Assembly: GCA_000182565.2 (NCBI GenBank)
Contig: KQ257461.1
Strand: one strand, 5' to 3'
Origin: Spizellomyces punctatus DAOM BR117
Taxonomy: Eukaryota
DNA length: 64,000 nt
Below, piece by piece: positions 51,001 to 64,000 of the stretch (positions within the stretch are counted from its first letter, which is position 1; every line of letters starts with the position of its first letter). Position numbers and translations under genes: made by a program. Below the pieces are notes generated by a model. The model worked only from the letters and a program-made list of their open reading frames with translations, had not been told where the DNA came from and made no database searches.

Positions 51001-52749
51001 AAATGCTTTGTTTATAACTGTTTCTGGTGAGAGCAGATTTGGATTACGTCAAAACCTTTCTCCTCACATATCAATCCTTCACAACGGGTGCAATTCTCCT
51101 CCGCAAACTTATCGAACGGTAAGCACAAAAACTCACCGTATTTGCAAATGTCTCCAATAACTAACTTTCTTGATCAGCTACCACGCCCCTCGCTCCCGAA
51201 AAGCAACGTTTGCCTCCTACGACCATTTTCGACTCACGATCCAACTTCGAGTTTGCAACGTTATTCTCCAATGGGTTAAACGCCATCCGGCCGATTTCGT
51301 CGTTGGAAAAGACTTTTGGGCGGATGCCATGCGGTTTGTGGAGGATGTCCTTGCGTATGATCATCCGAGTATGGGGCGGCAGATTCGGAGGAATTTGGTC
51401 AAGATTGTGCGTTTTTTACTGTTGTGTCCTTTTTTGACGTTTGTTACTTACGGCTTTGTGAACTTCGTAGAAGGATAACACGCACCCAGCATTGGTAAAA
51501 CATCTTGTTCTAAAATCCCCACTCCGAGCCACCGACGGCGATCCCCGACGTTTCAACGTCTTCCGACATCCCCCCGACGAAATCGCCCGACAATTGACAC
51601 TCATTGAACATGCCTACTTCGCTGACATCCTGGTAAGCACACGCATAACTGATCACATCGATTCGGATAGATATTTATACCCTATTTCTAGCCATCCGAG
51701 CTACTCAATCAAGCATGGTCAAAACCCGATGCGCCAACCAAGGCACCCAATGTCGTCGCATTGACGAGGAGATTCAATGCAGTGGCGTGTTGGACCGCAA
51801 AGGTACGTGATTATCCCTTCACCGTTTCATATGCAGTTACTGACCATCCTGTAGTCCATCCTGGAAATGAAAACCCCACGAGCAAGAGCAAAACGCATTA
51901 CAGGCCTCGTTGAAATCGCCAGTGTACGTGTACCGTTCTCCACTGCATCCTCAACATACATTAACAGCTCCCCTTACACAGCAACTCTTGACACTCAACA
52001 ATTTCTCAACCCTCATGGCCATCATTGCTGGACTCAACAAAGCGGCCGTGATACGCCTAAAGCAGTCATTCAAGGAAATCGGATCAAAGACACTAAAAGT
52101 AAGATATATCTGAATAAGATTAAAATACTTGCAAAACACTGATGGGAAACGTACGCAATAGAAATTGACAGAGTTGGAGAAGTTGATGACGGCTGAAGGG
52201 TCTTACAAGGGTTATCGGGCGCACATGAGGACGGTTGGTATGCCCTGTATTCCATACATGTAAGTGCTGGTTCAAACAATTACCCTGGGGCGGATCTGCG
52301 TTTGGCAAATGGAGTCACTCACGCTAATCGGTTTATTTCGCTTCCCATTGGCAATTGTTATGTTCCATAGCGGTATGTATCAGTTTGAATTCCAACGCCA
52401 TGTACTGACCATTTCACTCATCATCTTTATTATCATTCCATCCCAGGCGTGTATTTAATCGATTGTAAGTTATCTATACATTACACAACTGCACTTTCCC
52501 GCAATTCTAACATTCCATCAAACAGTAACCTACATGGAAGATGGAAATCCCGACAACATTGGCCCCCGAATAAACTTTACCAAACGGCTCATGATCAGTG
52601 GAGTCATAAGTGAAATGGTTGGGTACCAACAAGTAGGATACAAGGACTTTAAGCCCGTCGATGAGTTGTATCAAGTCCTTGCGCGCTTGCCTGCCGCAAC
52701 AGAGGAGTACGAAAAAATACTATGGAGTGAGAGTAAGAAACGAGAATGA
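48082..52749 (+). CDS. RasGEF (REM + CDC25) preceded by about 5 tandem ubiquitin-like/FERM-F0-like domains; many exons including microexons
   Basis: GTLNKLVERLT, YVKTFLLTYQSFTT, IQLRVCNVILQWV, EIARQLTLIE, LNNFSTLMAIIAGL, PCIPYIGVYLIDLTYMEDGN, INFTKR. Confidence 0.88.
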
Positions 52750-52810
52750 CGGCCGGGCCACACTATGGTAAAGGGTGGATGTTTTTTTACCTTGGCATGT
52801 CGCATAGTCC

Positions 52811-55574
52811 TTATATATCTCGCTCTTCCTTCATAGGTGGAAGGTTCTTGCGTAGAAGATACTTCTCTTGCAGGTCAAGAGGAGACGACTCTTGCGCTAC
52901 GCGTTCGTCAATGGGGACATAATTTCTGGGTTCTTCTCCCTCATACGCCTATCATAATGATGTATATAGAATATTGAAATGCGTTGTAAGCTCTTTAATG
53001 AATTGAAATCGTAGTCTATAACAGATTAACCAAACCTGCTTTGGCCGGAAAATGGGAATGGGGTTCTATGAGGGTGTCAAGGTTGAGTTACGGTGGCCCA
53101 TTGAGCGGATATGTTATGATTGTCAACGTACCTGTAGCTGTTCGTGCCAGTGTGCTACGTCGGAACAGTCAGAAATACATGGGCAAGCGATTAAAGATCA
53201 TCATTCAACGCCTACCTAGCCATCCAGCAGTCCGGGCAATGCAGAAGAGTACGGGGAAGAAATCAGTCTACCCAAGGCGATATGGACTGTGAGAGACATG
53301 TGCACAGTATCTGAGATGACATGGAACCTACCGGGAAGCCCATTGCTTTATAAATAATTCCACTATCTGCAGGAGAAACGTTCATGTTACTTAGAGTCAC
53401 ATGTCTCCTAGCTGCGAATTCCATCCAGCCGTCTTACAGAAATCCACGTTTGGATATAGGTTTCGCTTGATAAAGTATTCTACAAATATAAAACTCAATA
53501 TCGAGCACACGATACAGCTCAAAACGTAAAGTGACATTACCATCACTAAGAGCAATTCTCTCAAGTTCAATCGCAACGTCAATCAAGTTATTGCGACCCA
53601 TTATTTCAAACACCTCATCCGCAATCTATGTATTTCGCCGCTATCAGTACCACGTCGTGGACTGCGACACGTAAGAGATCTAACCTGCTTCAGGATCTTG
53701 GCACGAGGGTCATAGCTCTTGTATACACGGTGTCCGAAACCCATGAGTCGCCGCTTTTTCGCTTTGACCTCCTATGCACAAAAAGTGTAAAGCGACTGCA
53801 AGGCTGACAAATAGAGCCGTTAGAACCGCGCACCTCAATAAAAGCGGGAATGTGGTCGACAGATCCGATCTCTGCAATAGTATCGATGAGATTTCGCAAA
53901 GCACACGCTCGCCAATCATGAAGGCATACCTTCTAGCATCTTCAAAGCGGCCTCATTGGCTCCGCCATGTGACTGAAATTTGCATATTCACGACTTTCAT
54001 CATCCCAAAGATATTCGAGAGACAGAACACCTACCGGTCCATACAATGCCGAAGCCGCCCCTATGTAAAACTTTAGCTTGCTAGCGACCTCCCGTAACAT
54101 ACCCTGGAAGCTTACCTGTCAAGCAGATAAACGGGTCAACACCCGTTGATGTCATTTGTCGCATCGCAGCTGTACTACAATTCAGCTCATCTAACAATAG
54201 TCTCTCGTCAGCAATTCATGATCACAGGATGGAAAAATGGTACACATACGATCGGCATGTAAAATAAATATAATGTCTAATGCACGTGAAAGTCGAGGGT
54301 TCGGTACATAATTGTTCTCTGAAAGACGATCCAACATGTAAAGAAAGTTTTCCGTATATCCAAACTCGTTAGATGGAGAGTTGTAGGCACGTCCAATGCG
54401 GTGCCGATAGGCCTGGCAATGTCGATGAGTATACCCCTTGCGAGTTTTACGGTAGGCAATCCACTTACACATGCTGCCAGGGTAGGAACTTTGCCGAGAC
54501 ACCGAAAGATTTGCTTATTGACCATATTCTCGTTTTGATAGATATGCTATATCAAACCGTAAGACGGGGATACGGCTGGCGGTAGTAATCAAGTCAACTC
54601 ACCTCCCCTTGCAGCGCCGTGTTGGCCTCCGGATGGAATGTCGACATTGCCTGTGGGCGGTAGTTTATATACGGCTTCTAGCATTCGTAGAACGCAGGAA
54701 CTACCTACCGCAAGTGCTGAAGTTACCATACCCATAGGATGAGCATCATACCGGAAGCTCTGGTGTCAGAAAGTAGGCAATGAGTATGACCGACTCGCCT
54801 CGATGAAAGTGTCAGGTTGCGTACCCTCAAGTAATCAATCATGTTTTCGTGAATAAAGGTGTGTCGCATGATTCGGGTCGTCCACATCTGCAATCGTGAG
54901 AGTTAGCTATATAATAGATTGCAACAAAAGTGAGAACACAAATGTACATTTAATTGGTCAGCTGTAGGGAGATCTCCGAAAATGAGCAGGTAGGACACCT
55001 CGAGAAATGATGAATGCATGGCCAGATCCTCAATGTTATATCCTCTGTAGCGGAGTATTCCCTATGAAATATGGAGCAAATCAACATATGCTTTGAATGG
55101 GTCCTGGAGCACCAAGTCAGCATACCTTATCACCATCAATATAGCTGGAAATTGAAAAGCAGGGTCAGCAGTCCATTTGGCCTTGGCGAGATCAAAGAGC
55201 AGGCGCACCTGATGGAAGACCGACAGACGGCCGTGTTCAAATAGCCATTGTCATAAACAGAGAGTCCAAGTTGAGCAAAGATGCTTGCGTCGATGGTATC
55301 TTCTTCCACTGGAATCATGTGCTTTTTCCCAGTGCGGTGGTCAACGACCTCCAGGCTGGTACAGAGACGGAGATGACAATGAGAGATCACCACAGTTCCT
55401 TACTATCTTACAATATACATACAAATGCTGCTCCGGATTAGCGGAACGATGCACAGACATTTCGAGTTGCTTCTCCTCTGGTAGAGATCGTGGTATTTCT
55501 TCCGAGAATATAGGTGGAACAATCAAATCGTCCCCAATCTGCCAAAGTGTTGAGTCCGTCCCAAAACTCGACAT
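52811..55574 (-). CDS. Citrate synthase of the bacterial/plant-peroxisomal-like type, 21 exons
   Basis: [92 protein letters not shown]. All 20 introns traced as GT-AG with frame conserved. Confidence 0.92.
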
Positions 55575-56694
55575 GTACCGTGGAAGACACGGGTCCCAGC
55601 TGTATTATCCAACGGGAGATGCAAGTGCAGTAACGCTAATGACAAACCGTTGGGCAGTTAGCGAGTCTTGACGATCCGATGCTTAGTAGAGCTACCGTAC
55701 CGCCGGGCACGTTGCCGACGATCAAGGAGCGGCAAGGGCTCGTCAGCCGTCGCTGTTTTGACTTTTAATCTTCTGTGCAATCTCATCCCCAAAGCAGTCT
55801 TTACGTTACATACTGCTGAATGCCTTTTGCATCATGGCTGCGTTTCCCAACTTTCGCCGAATCTATCAAGACTTTCGCACGCCAGATGAGGAAAAGTCAA
55901 CCGCCAACTCTGCAGTGTTTACGTTCTGCGCATTTTGCGTCATGTGTGCTCTCATGACAGCGGCGAGGAAGGCTTCCTTTGCCGGTGCATGACTTATTAT
56001 CCGGTCGTCCTCGGGTTGTAATGGAAGAGCCATGCAGTGGAAGATTGATTGCGACCGCCTGAAAGCTCTACGGTACCCTGGCATAGCTGTGCGGTTTGTA
56101 GTACACATGAGCCACCTAAGGCCTATTTGATGAAAATCTCTCTGGGCACGCTTTCTGCTTGTGGATATGGTTATACCATGGGTTGCAAACGGTTCTTGAA
56201 GATTCAAATACTATTCTCTCCTCGACACGTTAAAAAAGACCCGTCGCCATTATGTGTATGGTTCACCGCTCATAAGTTCTAAAGTCCCTCCCATGTCAAC
56301 TTTAAGCATTAGCCTACATGTGCTCTTCCTGATCCAAAGTGTTGGACGTCATCCTAGATTGTAATGTCGCTAATTGAAAAAGGATAAAAGTGTAAAATGG
56401 TCGCCGTTGTGAGCAAGCGACTAAGCACCACCAGCCAGCGCGGTCGCTTCTCGTGGCCCAAATTTTTGGGAACTCGGGCACCCGTTTTTCCCTTTGCTGC
56501 TTTCTCCCAGCTCCAAATTGCCATTAAGCAAGGTAGTCTTTCAGCAAACGCTAGACTCGCGTGACGCTGTCACGGCGAGAACAAAACATTCAAGTTTAAC
56601 TGAGAAGATACTCGGAATACACCTATTTTCATTCCCGCAGTTTCAGCCAAGTTTCGCTGAATTGTAATTTACTTGGACCGACTGCGCGATCGCA

Positions 56695-58623
56695 ATGTCG
56701 GCAAACTCTCCATTCAGGTACGTTTCTCATCCCTCAAGCACCACCATGCGAGAAGCTATGGTTTTGCATGTGGTTTAACTCTGCATATTCTTGGATCGAC
56801 AGGTCACTCTCCGTCCAAAAGCTACAAGATGAGTTACGGTTTCGAAAGGTTCATTGTTGTTTTGCAAACAGCTATCATCGAGGATTTTTGGAGACTGAGG
56901 CCGTTTGCTTTTCTTTCTCCTAGTTGCCCATAGGAGGGACGAAAAGTGTGCTAGTTGCGCGGTTGGAAGAATACGAGGGACAACTAAATGCGGATACAGC
57001 ATCAGAGGATGACTCGGATAGAAATGCAAGTAACGGCGCTGCGATAAATCCTGAAGTGGCTGGAGATGCTATTGAAGCTCGTCGAAGAGAGCTTGCAAAA
57101 CAACGAGTTGGAATATCCATATGGAACTCGCCGCTAGTAATCCTTAAATACCTGATATTATATATAAGCGATAGCCTCGTTCTGGGATTGCAGACCATGG
57201 TCGCACACGTATGGGTCGTGGTAGCAATGTTGTGTCTGTTGGTGGCGGGGGTAGCAGTATACCTTGCAGAGGGGCCACATCAAGGGGTGAGCTGTGTTGG
57301 TTGCTGCTAAAAAAGAATTTGCCTAACCATCCCGCATCTATAGACTGTTGCGGTATTGGAATCTCAAGTCTTGTGGTACGGGTGGTGGTTAGTGTTGGGA
57401 ATCGCCTCATCTATTGGACTGGGAACTGGATTGCACACATTCGTCCTTTTCTTGGGTCCTCACATTGCCCATGTTACTTTAACGGCATACCAATGCCACA
57501 GTCTAGACTTTGAAACTCGAGGGCCAGATAGGTATTTACCACCTATCGAATGTGTTCAATGACATTCTACTGACTCCGATCTCTCGTAGTTTTATTTGCG
57601 AGCCATCGGTTGGTCAAGCCGCCACTGCCGCTGTCACTGTATGGCAAATTGCAAAAAAGGTTCGATTGGAGAGCTTTTTCTGGGGGTTGGGAACGTCGAT
57701 CGGAGAGTTGCCTCCATATTTTGTTGCAAGAGCCGCAGCCGCAGCGGGACGTGACGATCAAGGATTTGCCAGTATTGAGGGCCTTCTGGCAAGACCAAAA
57801 TCCGAACGGACAGTTGGGGAGCGTGTACAAGTGGCCATGTACAATCTGATGCAATCGTTAGGCTTCTTTGGCATCCTGCTTTGCGCGTCGGTAAGTTACT
57901 GGACTATACAATTTGTGGCGTTCTTAACCCGATACTTATGATCTGGTGCAGATTCCGAACCCCTTATTTGATCTCGCGGGCATTGTTTGCGGGCATTTTG
58001 GAGTTCCGTTCATGACATTTTTTGGCGCAACGTTCCTGGGGAAAGCAGTCTTCAAAAGTAGCATACAGGTTCGAACGACTGATTTCTCTTGGTTCTTCGC
58101 GAGTCCGGCTGACATTTTGATCACAGACGATATCCGTAATTTTAATGCTTTCGGAAGACATTTTGGCCTTCATATTGACGGAGCTTCAATCTTATGCACC
58201 TACATTACATGACTTCGTGCAAAAGCTCCTGGACGAGCAAGTAAAACGATACCAGAAACGGCCAGATGGCGCTCATGAATTGAAGGTATATAAGCATCAC
58301 ATATCGGTTTGTTTGATGCTGTACGATGCTGAGTAATTTGCCCTGTAGCCTTCCAAATCCAATTATCTTGGCGCTCTATGGAACGCCCTTCTAGTCTGCA
58401 TGATTGGTTATTTTATTGCATCCCTATTAGAATCTTTGGCGATTGCCCAAATGAAGAAGGAGCATGAGCGAGAGCTGCAGCGACTACAAAAACGGGCTCT
58501 GAAAGAGGTATGTGCAATTTGCAAGTCCCTACCACTAAATCCATCATCCTGTGCTGATGCTGACGTTGCTAGCACCGAAAACAAGTACAAACAAATACAG
58601 AGTCGGCTACTAAACTGGAATAA
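56695..58623 (+). CDS. VMP1: VMP1/TMEM49 lipid scramblase with an N-terminal SAP domain
   Basis: [81 protein letters not shown]. Confidence 0.92.
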
Positions 58624-58942
58624 ATGCATCAGTTTGAAAGAAAGGAGTGAGAAGTTTTACCACATAGAGGAGGGGTTTGGATTGTAGCGGAGGCACCTAG
58701 TGCGCTGAGGTTTATTTTGTTTACTTTATTCTCGTTTACAACCGCAATTATCGATCTCGTTTCATTGTGAATATATAGACTAGCCCATTCATGGGTATAC
58801 AAGGAAATGTTGAATGTGCGTTACGATTTTTTTGAACGCTGGGACACTCCTTTCAGGGCGTGCCCTGTACTCGATGATCGGGATATACTGGCTGCTGTGT
58901 ACCCATCTATCTAACCTGATCTATCAACCATTGGGTGCGCCA

Positions 58943-60197
58943 TCATCCGCTGTTTCCATACAGATTCGGATTGGTCACCGGAACGAAAAGCAGCCCAAAA
59001 AGTATAATCCCAAGGATATACGACCCTATCAACACTGTTGCATTATTAGCGAGAATCACCCAGAATGCAAAGATATCTAGCGAATACCAACCGGTTTTAT
59101 AGCGCGGGTATTCATCTATTGCCGAGAAATCAGGGAAGCCCATAACATTGCAAAATATGTGTGAAATGGTTGGAGCTACAACGTGGCCAGTTCTTAGAAA
59201 GAGGAAGGTTGAAAACCAGCCGAACAGCGTCGTGTAGAAGAACTGAAAGACTGAATCCGGAGGGTGAGTTGGCGAAGATGCATGTACAACCAGGAAATAT
59301 TGACCAGTAGAACAGCACACGCACCACCGGATAACAGCGCTTGCTTCAAAGCACGATTTGTTCGCCCTAGTCTGTTGTAGACCTCGTACCCGTGATGTAT
59401 ATGGGCTAATAAACAATTTAGCGATCAGAATGAGCCTGACATCCAACCAAAGTGGTCCTGGACCTACCGATACCAAAACACAGGGGGAGCATGAAAACAG
59501 TCGTCACCGTTTTAAACCCAGCTGCTTGGAACAATGGGACCATACAGGCACGAAAGACAAACTCTTCTGTCAACGGCCCCTAAATTGATTCCTTCCATCT
59601 TCAGTTGACTATATATGCACGGGATGTGACGAGTGGAGTAGCGATTGCCTACTAGCTTGCGAGTGTCGGATCCTCACCACTATGTAGTTCCTCCAAGCCA
59701 ATATGTCGTTCAATTTGTCAAACAGATGTTCTTGAAAGGAAAACTTTCTTTGAAAGGGAAGTGACTCGGCAATAAAGTCGACAGCGAGCGGCCCGAGGAA
59801 GAGGGTCATGGTAAGAAGTAAGGGGAGAACAGCGGCTAGTAGAAAGCCTTTCGGTTTAAGTCCAAGGTGAGCAAGTAGCACTGGTAAACCCTGTGGAAGT
59901 GTGAGTGCTTCATCGGACCATATCTGCGTCAACCTAGTTTTCAGCTACCTCTGTCCCAGTAGGCACAATGCCCACTGAACTCAAGACAAACCCCACAGAC
60001 ACGAACCCCACAGCGCATGTTCCAGCGGCAGCCATGAACCTCCTACGCACAACCCGTGGGTCATCTCGCGGGACCTGTCGTGGAATACCTCCGCGAAATA
60101 CATAGAAAGAGCCGACGAATGTGAGTGTGAGGAGAATGCATGCGAGTATGCTTGTTGTCGCGGAGAGGCGTTGCGAAGCAAGATCCGCGTTGGTCAT
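58943..60197 (-). CDS. RCE1: CAAX prenyl protease 2
   Basis: RDDPRVVRRR, WRNYIV|GPLTEEFVFRACM, FGI|AHIHH, QFFYTTLFGW, HIFCNVMGFP. Confidence 0.92.
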
Positions 60198-60374
60198 GAT
60201 CTGTTCATGCTAATGCTACCTTTGTTTTCAGAGATGGCTTTATTACAGTGTTGTGCCCTCGTTAACAATTATTAAACTAACTAATCGACAAATGCCTATA
60301 CTTTAACCTATTACCCTCTTTTACAAAGAACAACAATAACTAAATAGTATTATACCTACGACGCAAGTAATATC

Positions 60375-61244
60375 TTACAAATGCTGGTTATACCAGGCAA
60401 CACACTGCTCAAATGCATCCTTTCGAGCTTTCTGGACTTTCTCGTCCTTGTCATTACCCCGGACCGCAAACCCATGCGCCATCCCTTCATAGCAAACAAA
60501 CTTGTACGCGGGGCCGTTCCCAGTCTTCACTTTCTCTTCTAGTATCTCCTCGCTCGTTTTCCTGTCCGCCGCACTGAAGACATTGTCATATTCTGCACAG
60601 AGGAACAGACCGGGCTTTGTGATTGAGTGTATGTCGGCGGGAACGGAAACTCTGCTAGGGTGCGCAGCGACAAAGCATTTGATCAGGTCCCCGTGGGATT
60701 GGAGAATCGTGTATCGACCTCCCCAGCAGTACCCCACAACCCCGATATCATAACCGTCGTTTTTGAGGCCACCGAGAAACGCATTCCCCAATGGCACAAT
60801 CTTTGAGTCCCCATTTCTCGCCATGAAAGGGATCCCAGATGGGATCACCTTGAGGATAGCCAGTCCACGCTTGATCTGCTCTCCAAAAGTTTTAGGTTGT
60901 TGATAGTCGAGGAGGTCATCACGACCTTCGACTGATATGGCAGTACCCGTGAAAAAGTCGGGAAGGTAGGCGGTGTACCCTGCCTATGCAAGATGTTAAA
61001 CACCTCAATGGCATCAAACGGGCAAACCGAATCCTACCTTGGCGAACGAATCAGCAATCAGTCGTAAATTGACCAGTTCCCATCCGAAAACATCACTGTA
61101 AATTACAACGGCCTTCTTTGGCTTTTCATTTTCGGGAACAGGACGAGCAACGTAGACGTCTAATCCATGGAGCTTTTCGGTGGTACCAGTTGGTGTGCCT
61201 TCGTGAAGGAAACCAGTTCTGCAGCATTCGGGAAGTTCTGACAT
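60375..61244 (-). CDS. Dienelactone hydrolase family protein (Aim2-like), 2 exons
   Basis: ECCRTGFLHEGTPTG, SDVFGW..NLRLIADSFA, GYCWGG nucleophile elbow, AEYD, HGFAVRG. Confidence 0.9.
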
Positions 61245-61470
61245 GAGTGTTTACTCTCTAGTCGTTCTGTTTGTAGAGTCTTTGGAAGACAGGGAGAAAG
61301 CTGTCCTCGAATGGCTCTTTTTATACAGTTGCAAGCTGTTTGTTTTTAATGCTGATCTTAATGTACGTCATGTGATCTGTGCCATATCGGAGTCCCGAAG
61401 GTTGTGTCACCAGCTAATAAAACTAAATAGACTAGCAAATAGATGGTGAAGGCGCAGCGTGCTTTTTGGT

Positions 61471-62010
61471 ATGGGGATGAGCAACGTTTCCTTGTCTGAT
61501 TTGGTGGAACACCTTCGGCATCCGGTGTGGGTCCGACTCTCGAATGGGGAAAGTTTGAATGGCTACCTCCTGAACGTCGATCCAGAAACTCTTCACCTCA
61601 TCTTGGTGCAAGTAAGGAATGCGGAGCCCACCCTAATTAAGAGATAAAATATCTCAAAAGAAACTATCGTTCTAGAAAAAACCGACCGCAGACAATGAAG
61701 AGGACGACGGTGAAGAACACGACTCTCCAGGACACGCCCGACCGATAGGAGGTCCGCCACCAACCCCAACAGGACCAGACCACCAAATAGTTGTCGTTAT
61801 GCACCATTCCATAACGGGGATTGAACGTAGGTGGACAGGTAGTTGGCACCTAAACGATGCCCTTAACAAAGACTTGTTTTTCATTTCCAAGCGGACCTGT
61901 ATAGCGATAATGGACCAGAGCCTCTTTCAGAAAGTCAAGTCGAAGTGATCTTGAACAAAATATCGCGACGGTCCTGTGGAGATGACGCACAAGCAGCTGA
62001 CGGTTCTTGA
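61471..62010 (+). CDS. Gemin6-like / Sm-like (LSm) domain protein, 3 exons
   Basis: VWVRLSNGESLNGYLLNVDPETLHLILVQ|..acidic/Pro loop..IVVVMHHSITGIE; introns 61612-61675 and ~61827-61890. Confidence 0.55.
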
Positions 62011-62638
62011 ATGCTGTAATCTGAGCATCTTGACGGCTTATTTTGAGCAAGTTGTTCTCCAGTACACATAAACGTCGTAGGTCATTACAGATTGAGACGC
62101 CCAGCAACGGGTGAGGAATGCCATAGGATCCGCAAGCTGCATGGCAAGCCGGACATGCTGCTACAGTACAGGATGATATCGGCACATTCCCAAATGCTGA
62201 TAATATCTAGCAATGACTAGGTACTCGTTTTCAATCATGTCTGCATTGTATTTTTCTTTAGAAGCCTGAAGTAGGGTGAAATAGGGGCTATATATGTCCA
62301 ACAGGTAGAGTCCTGTATAAATTGCTTCCAGACTTGAAATAATTTTATTATCGAGAGATTGTACCAATGTTCAATCTGGGACGTTGAGAGGATATCACAG
62401 TTTATACTACATGTGGCTAACAGAAAACAGGAATGGTCGTCATGCAACTTCAAATTAGCCTCACACTGAAGACGTAACCCGGTTCAGACTGAGAGCTTAC
62501 GAACAGCCCAGATAATTTGGTGCCTTCACCGGGCATTAGAACAACTAGACATGCGAAACATAGTAATTTATTCAACCACAAGTGTATATAACATCCACCC
62601 TCTACATACTTATCCAACTTGTTGGTAGCGCTCCGCCA

Positions 62639-63107
<469 letters not shown>

Positions 63108-63362
63108 CTAGCAGTCGTTCGTGACGCCGTCGCAACAACCGGCGATCAGAAATCGCAAGCTCGTCCTAGGCTGGATCCCATCCGCTAAGCCGAGGTGTGC
63201 CTGATCCACGCGACGTACCTTGCGCAGAATCAGGGAGAAAATATAGGACGTAGAGAGGTACAAAGACAGAAAAGTGTCGAGACAGAGGCTAGTAAACCAA
63301 GAGGTGATCAAGTGCTGTTCTTGCTGACGACGGGTCCCAGTGTACAGTCTCTTTGAGAGGAT

Positions 63363-63894
63363 TTACGCGATGTCCCAAGTGAAGCTCTGTGCAGGCGCGA
63401 AGCGGAGTTGAACGCCTGGACAAGGAACGGTCTGTCAAATTTCGAATGCACATGACTGTGCCATCTGTAAACCAACCGTGCCACGGCGGGGCCATATGCT
63501 GTCACGCACGTGATACCTGTGGAGTCATCCAATTCCCGATCACCCAACTTGCGCTTTGGTCTGCATCTGCAGAACGAAACATTGTAGGAAAGCTACAGCC
63601 GAGTTCTGCCTATGTCCTTGCGAATTAGATGCAGTCAGCAGCAGCGACCTTTGACGGTCTAGTGGTGGAGTTGACGAAATGTGCTCCTCCAATCGCCGGT
63701 CAAGCTAACCAAGAATCAAAGAGAATTTCGATATTGGGGGATCTAGTTGCGCTATCATATCCAGTGAAGGCCTGTTCAGCGGAGGTGGGTGAACACAGGC
63801 ATTTTGAATGCAAATTGTTTAGATTACCTGGAATGTGGTAGTGGAGATCTGTAGTATATGCCAATCATGCCAACATCGCCTATTTTGCTGCTTT
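63363..63894 (-). other. Possible 3' exons of an unidentified spliced gene entering from the right edge
   Basis: Frame-compatible GT-AG pieces (SSKIGDVGMIGIYYRSPLPHS|RPSLDMIAQLDPPISKFSLIL; RPKRKLGDRELDDST|GVQLRFAPAQSFTWDIA*). No recognisable homology, and the joins are incomplete. Confidence 0.2.
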
Positions 63895-64000
63895 CTGTTC
63901 ATATATTTTATGTTTGAATAGAATGTCCGAAAATTGGTAGTTTACGGTCGCAAGTACTGGAATCATCCACCGGCCAATGGCCTCTTCACTGATCTGCTAT

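Noticed and set aside
52811-55574. Recent bacterial HGT or contamination as the origin of the citrate synthase
   Set aside because: It has twenty spliceosomal introns with host-like signals.
55600-56650. Short ORFs between citrate synthase and VMP1
   Set aside because: No motifs or consistent splice structure; treated as divergent promoter/UTR sequence.
62020-62520. Minus-strand ORFs and an intron-like GTAAGC..GCTAAT..TTAG downstream of LC8
   Set aside because: No consistent spliced ORF or homology; at most a UTR or non-coding intron.

Overview
Eukaryotic, gene-dense, intron-rich genomic DNA. Introns are short (mostly 55-110 nt), GT-AG, with CTAAC/CTGAC-like branch points. A fungal Zn2Cys6 factor together with flagellar genes (axonemal-type dynein heavy chain, pitchfork-like protein) points to a zoosporic, chytrid-type fungus; this is an inference. 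I hand-spliced 23 protein-coding genes: YOS1 (partial), La, Spen/SPOC-RRM protein, DH-PH RhoGEF, NXPE/SGNH protein, PP4 catalytic subunit, JTB-like, SLU7, SAP18, RNF34/RFFL-like, Boi-like SH3-SAM-PH, divergent dynein heavy chain, PIFO-like, Nrg1-like C2H2, UMP/CMP kinase, His-rich Zn2Cys6, UBL-array RasGEF, 21-exon citrate synthase, SAP-VMP1, RCE1, dienelactone hydrolase, Gemin6-like and LC8. There are two 100-N gaps. No CRISPR, tRNA/rRNA or transposon could be supported. Highlights: (1) a full-length dynein heavy chain whose AAA1 catalytic motifs and the trans-acting AAA2 arginine finger are all degenerate while AAA3 and the MTBD are retained, i.e. a candidate pseudo-motor; (2) a 2-nt microexon needed to keep a RasGEF in frame; (3) a SAP DNA-binding domain fused to VMP1; (4) an LEA-like 11-mer array in a membrane-anchored UMP kinase; (5) a fungal Spen-type SPOC protein. 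All homology calls come from remembered motifs, not from database searches.
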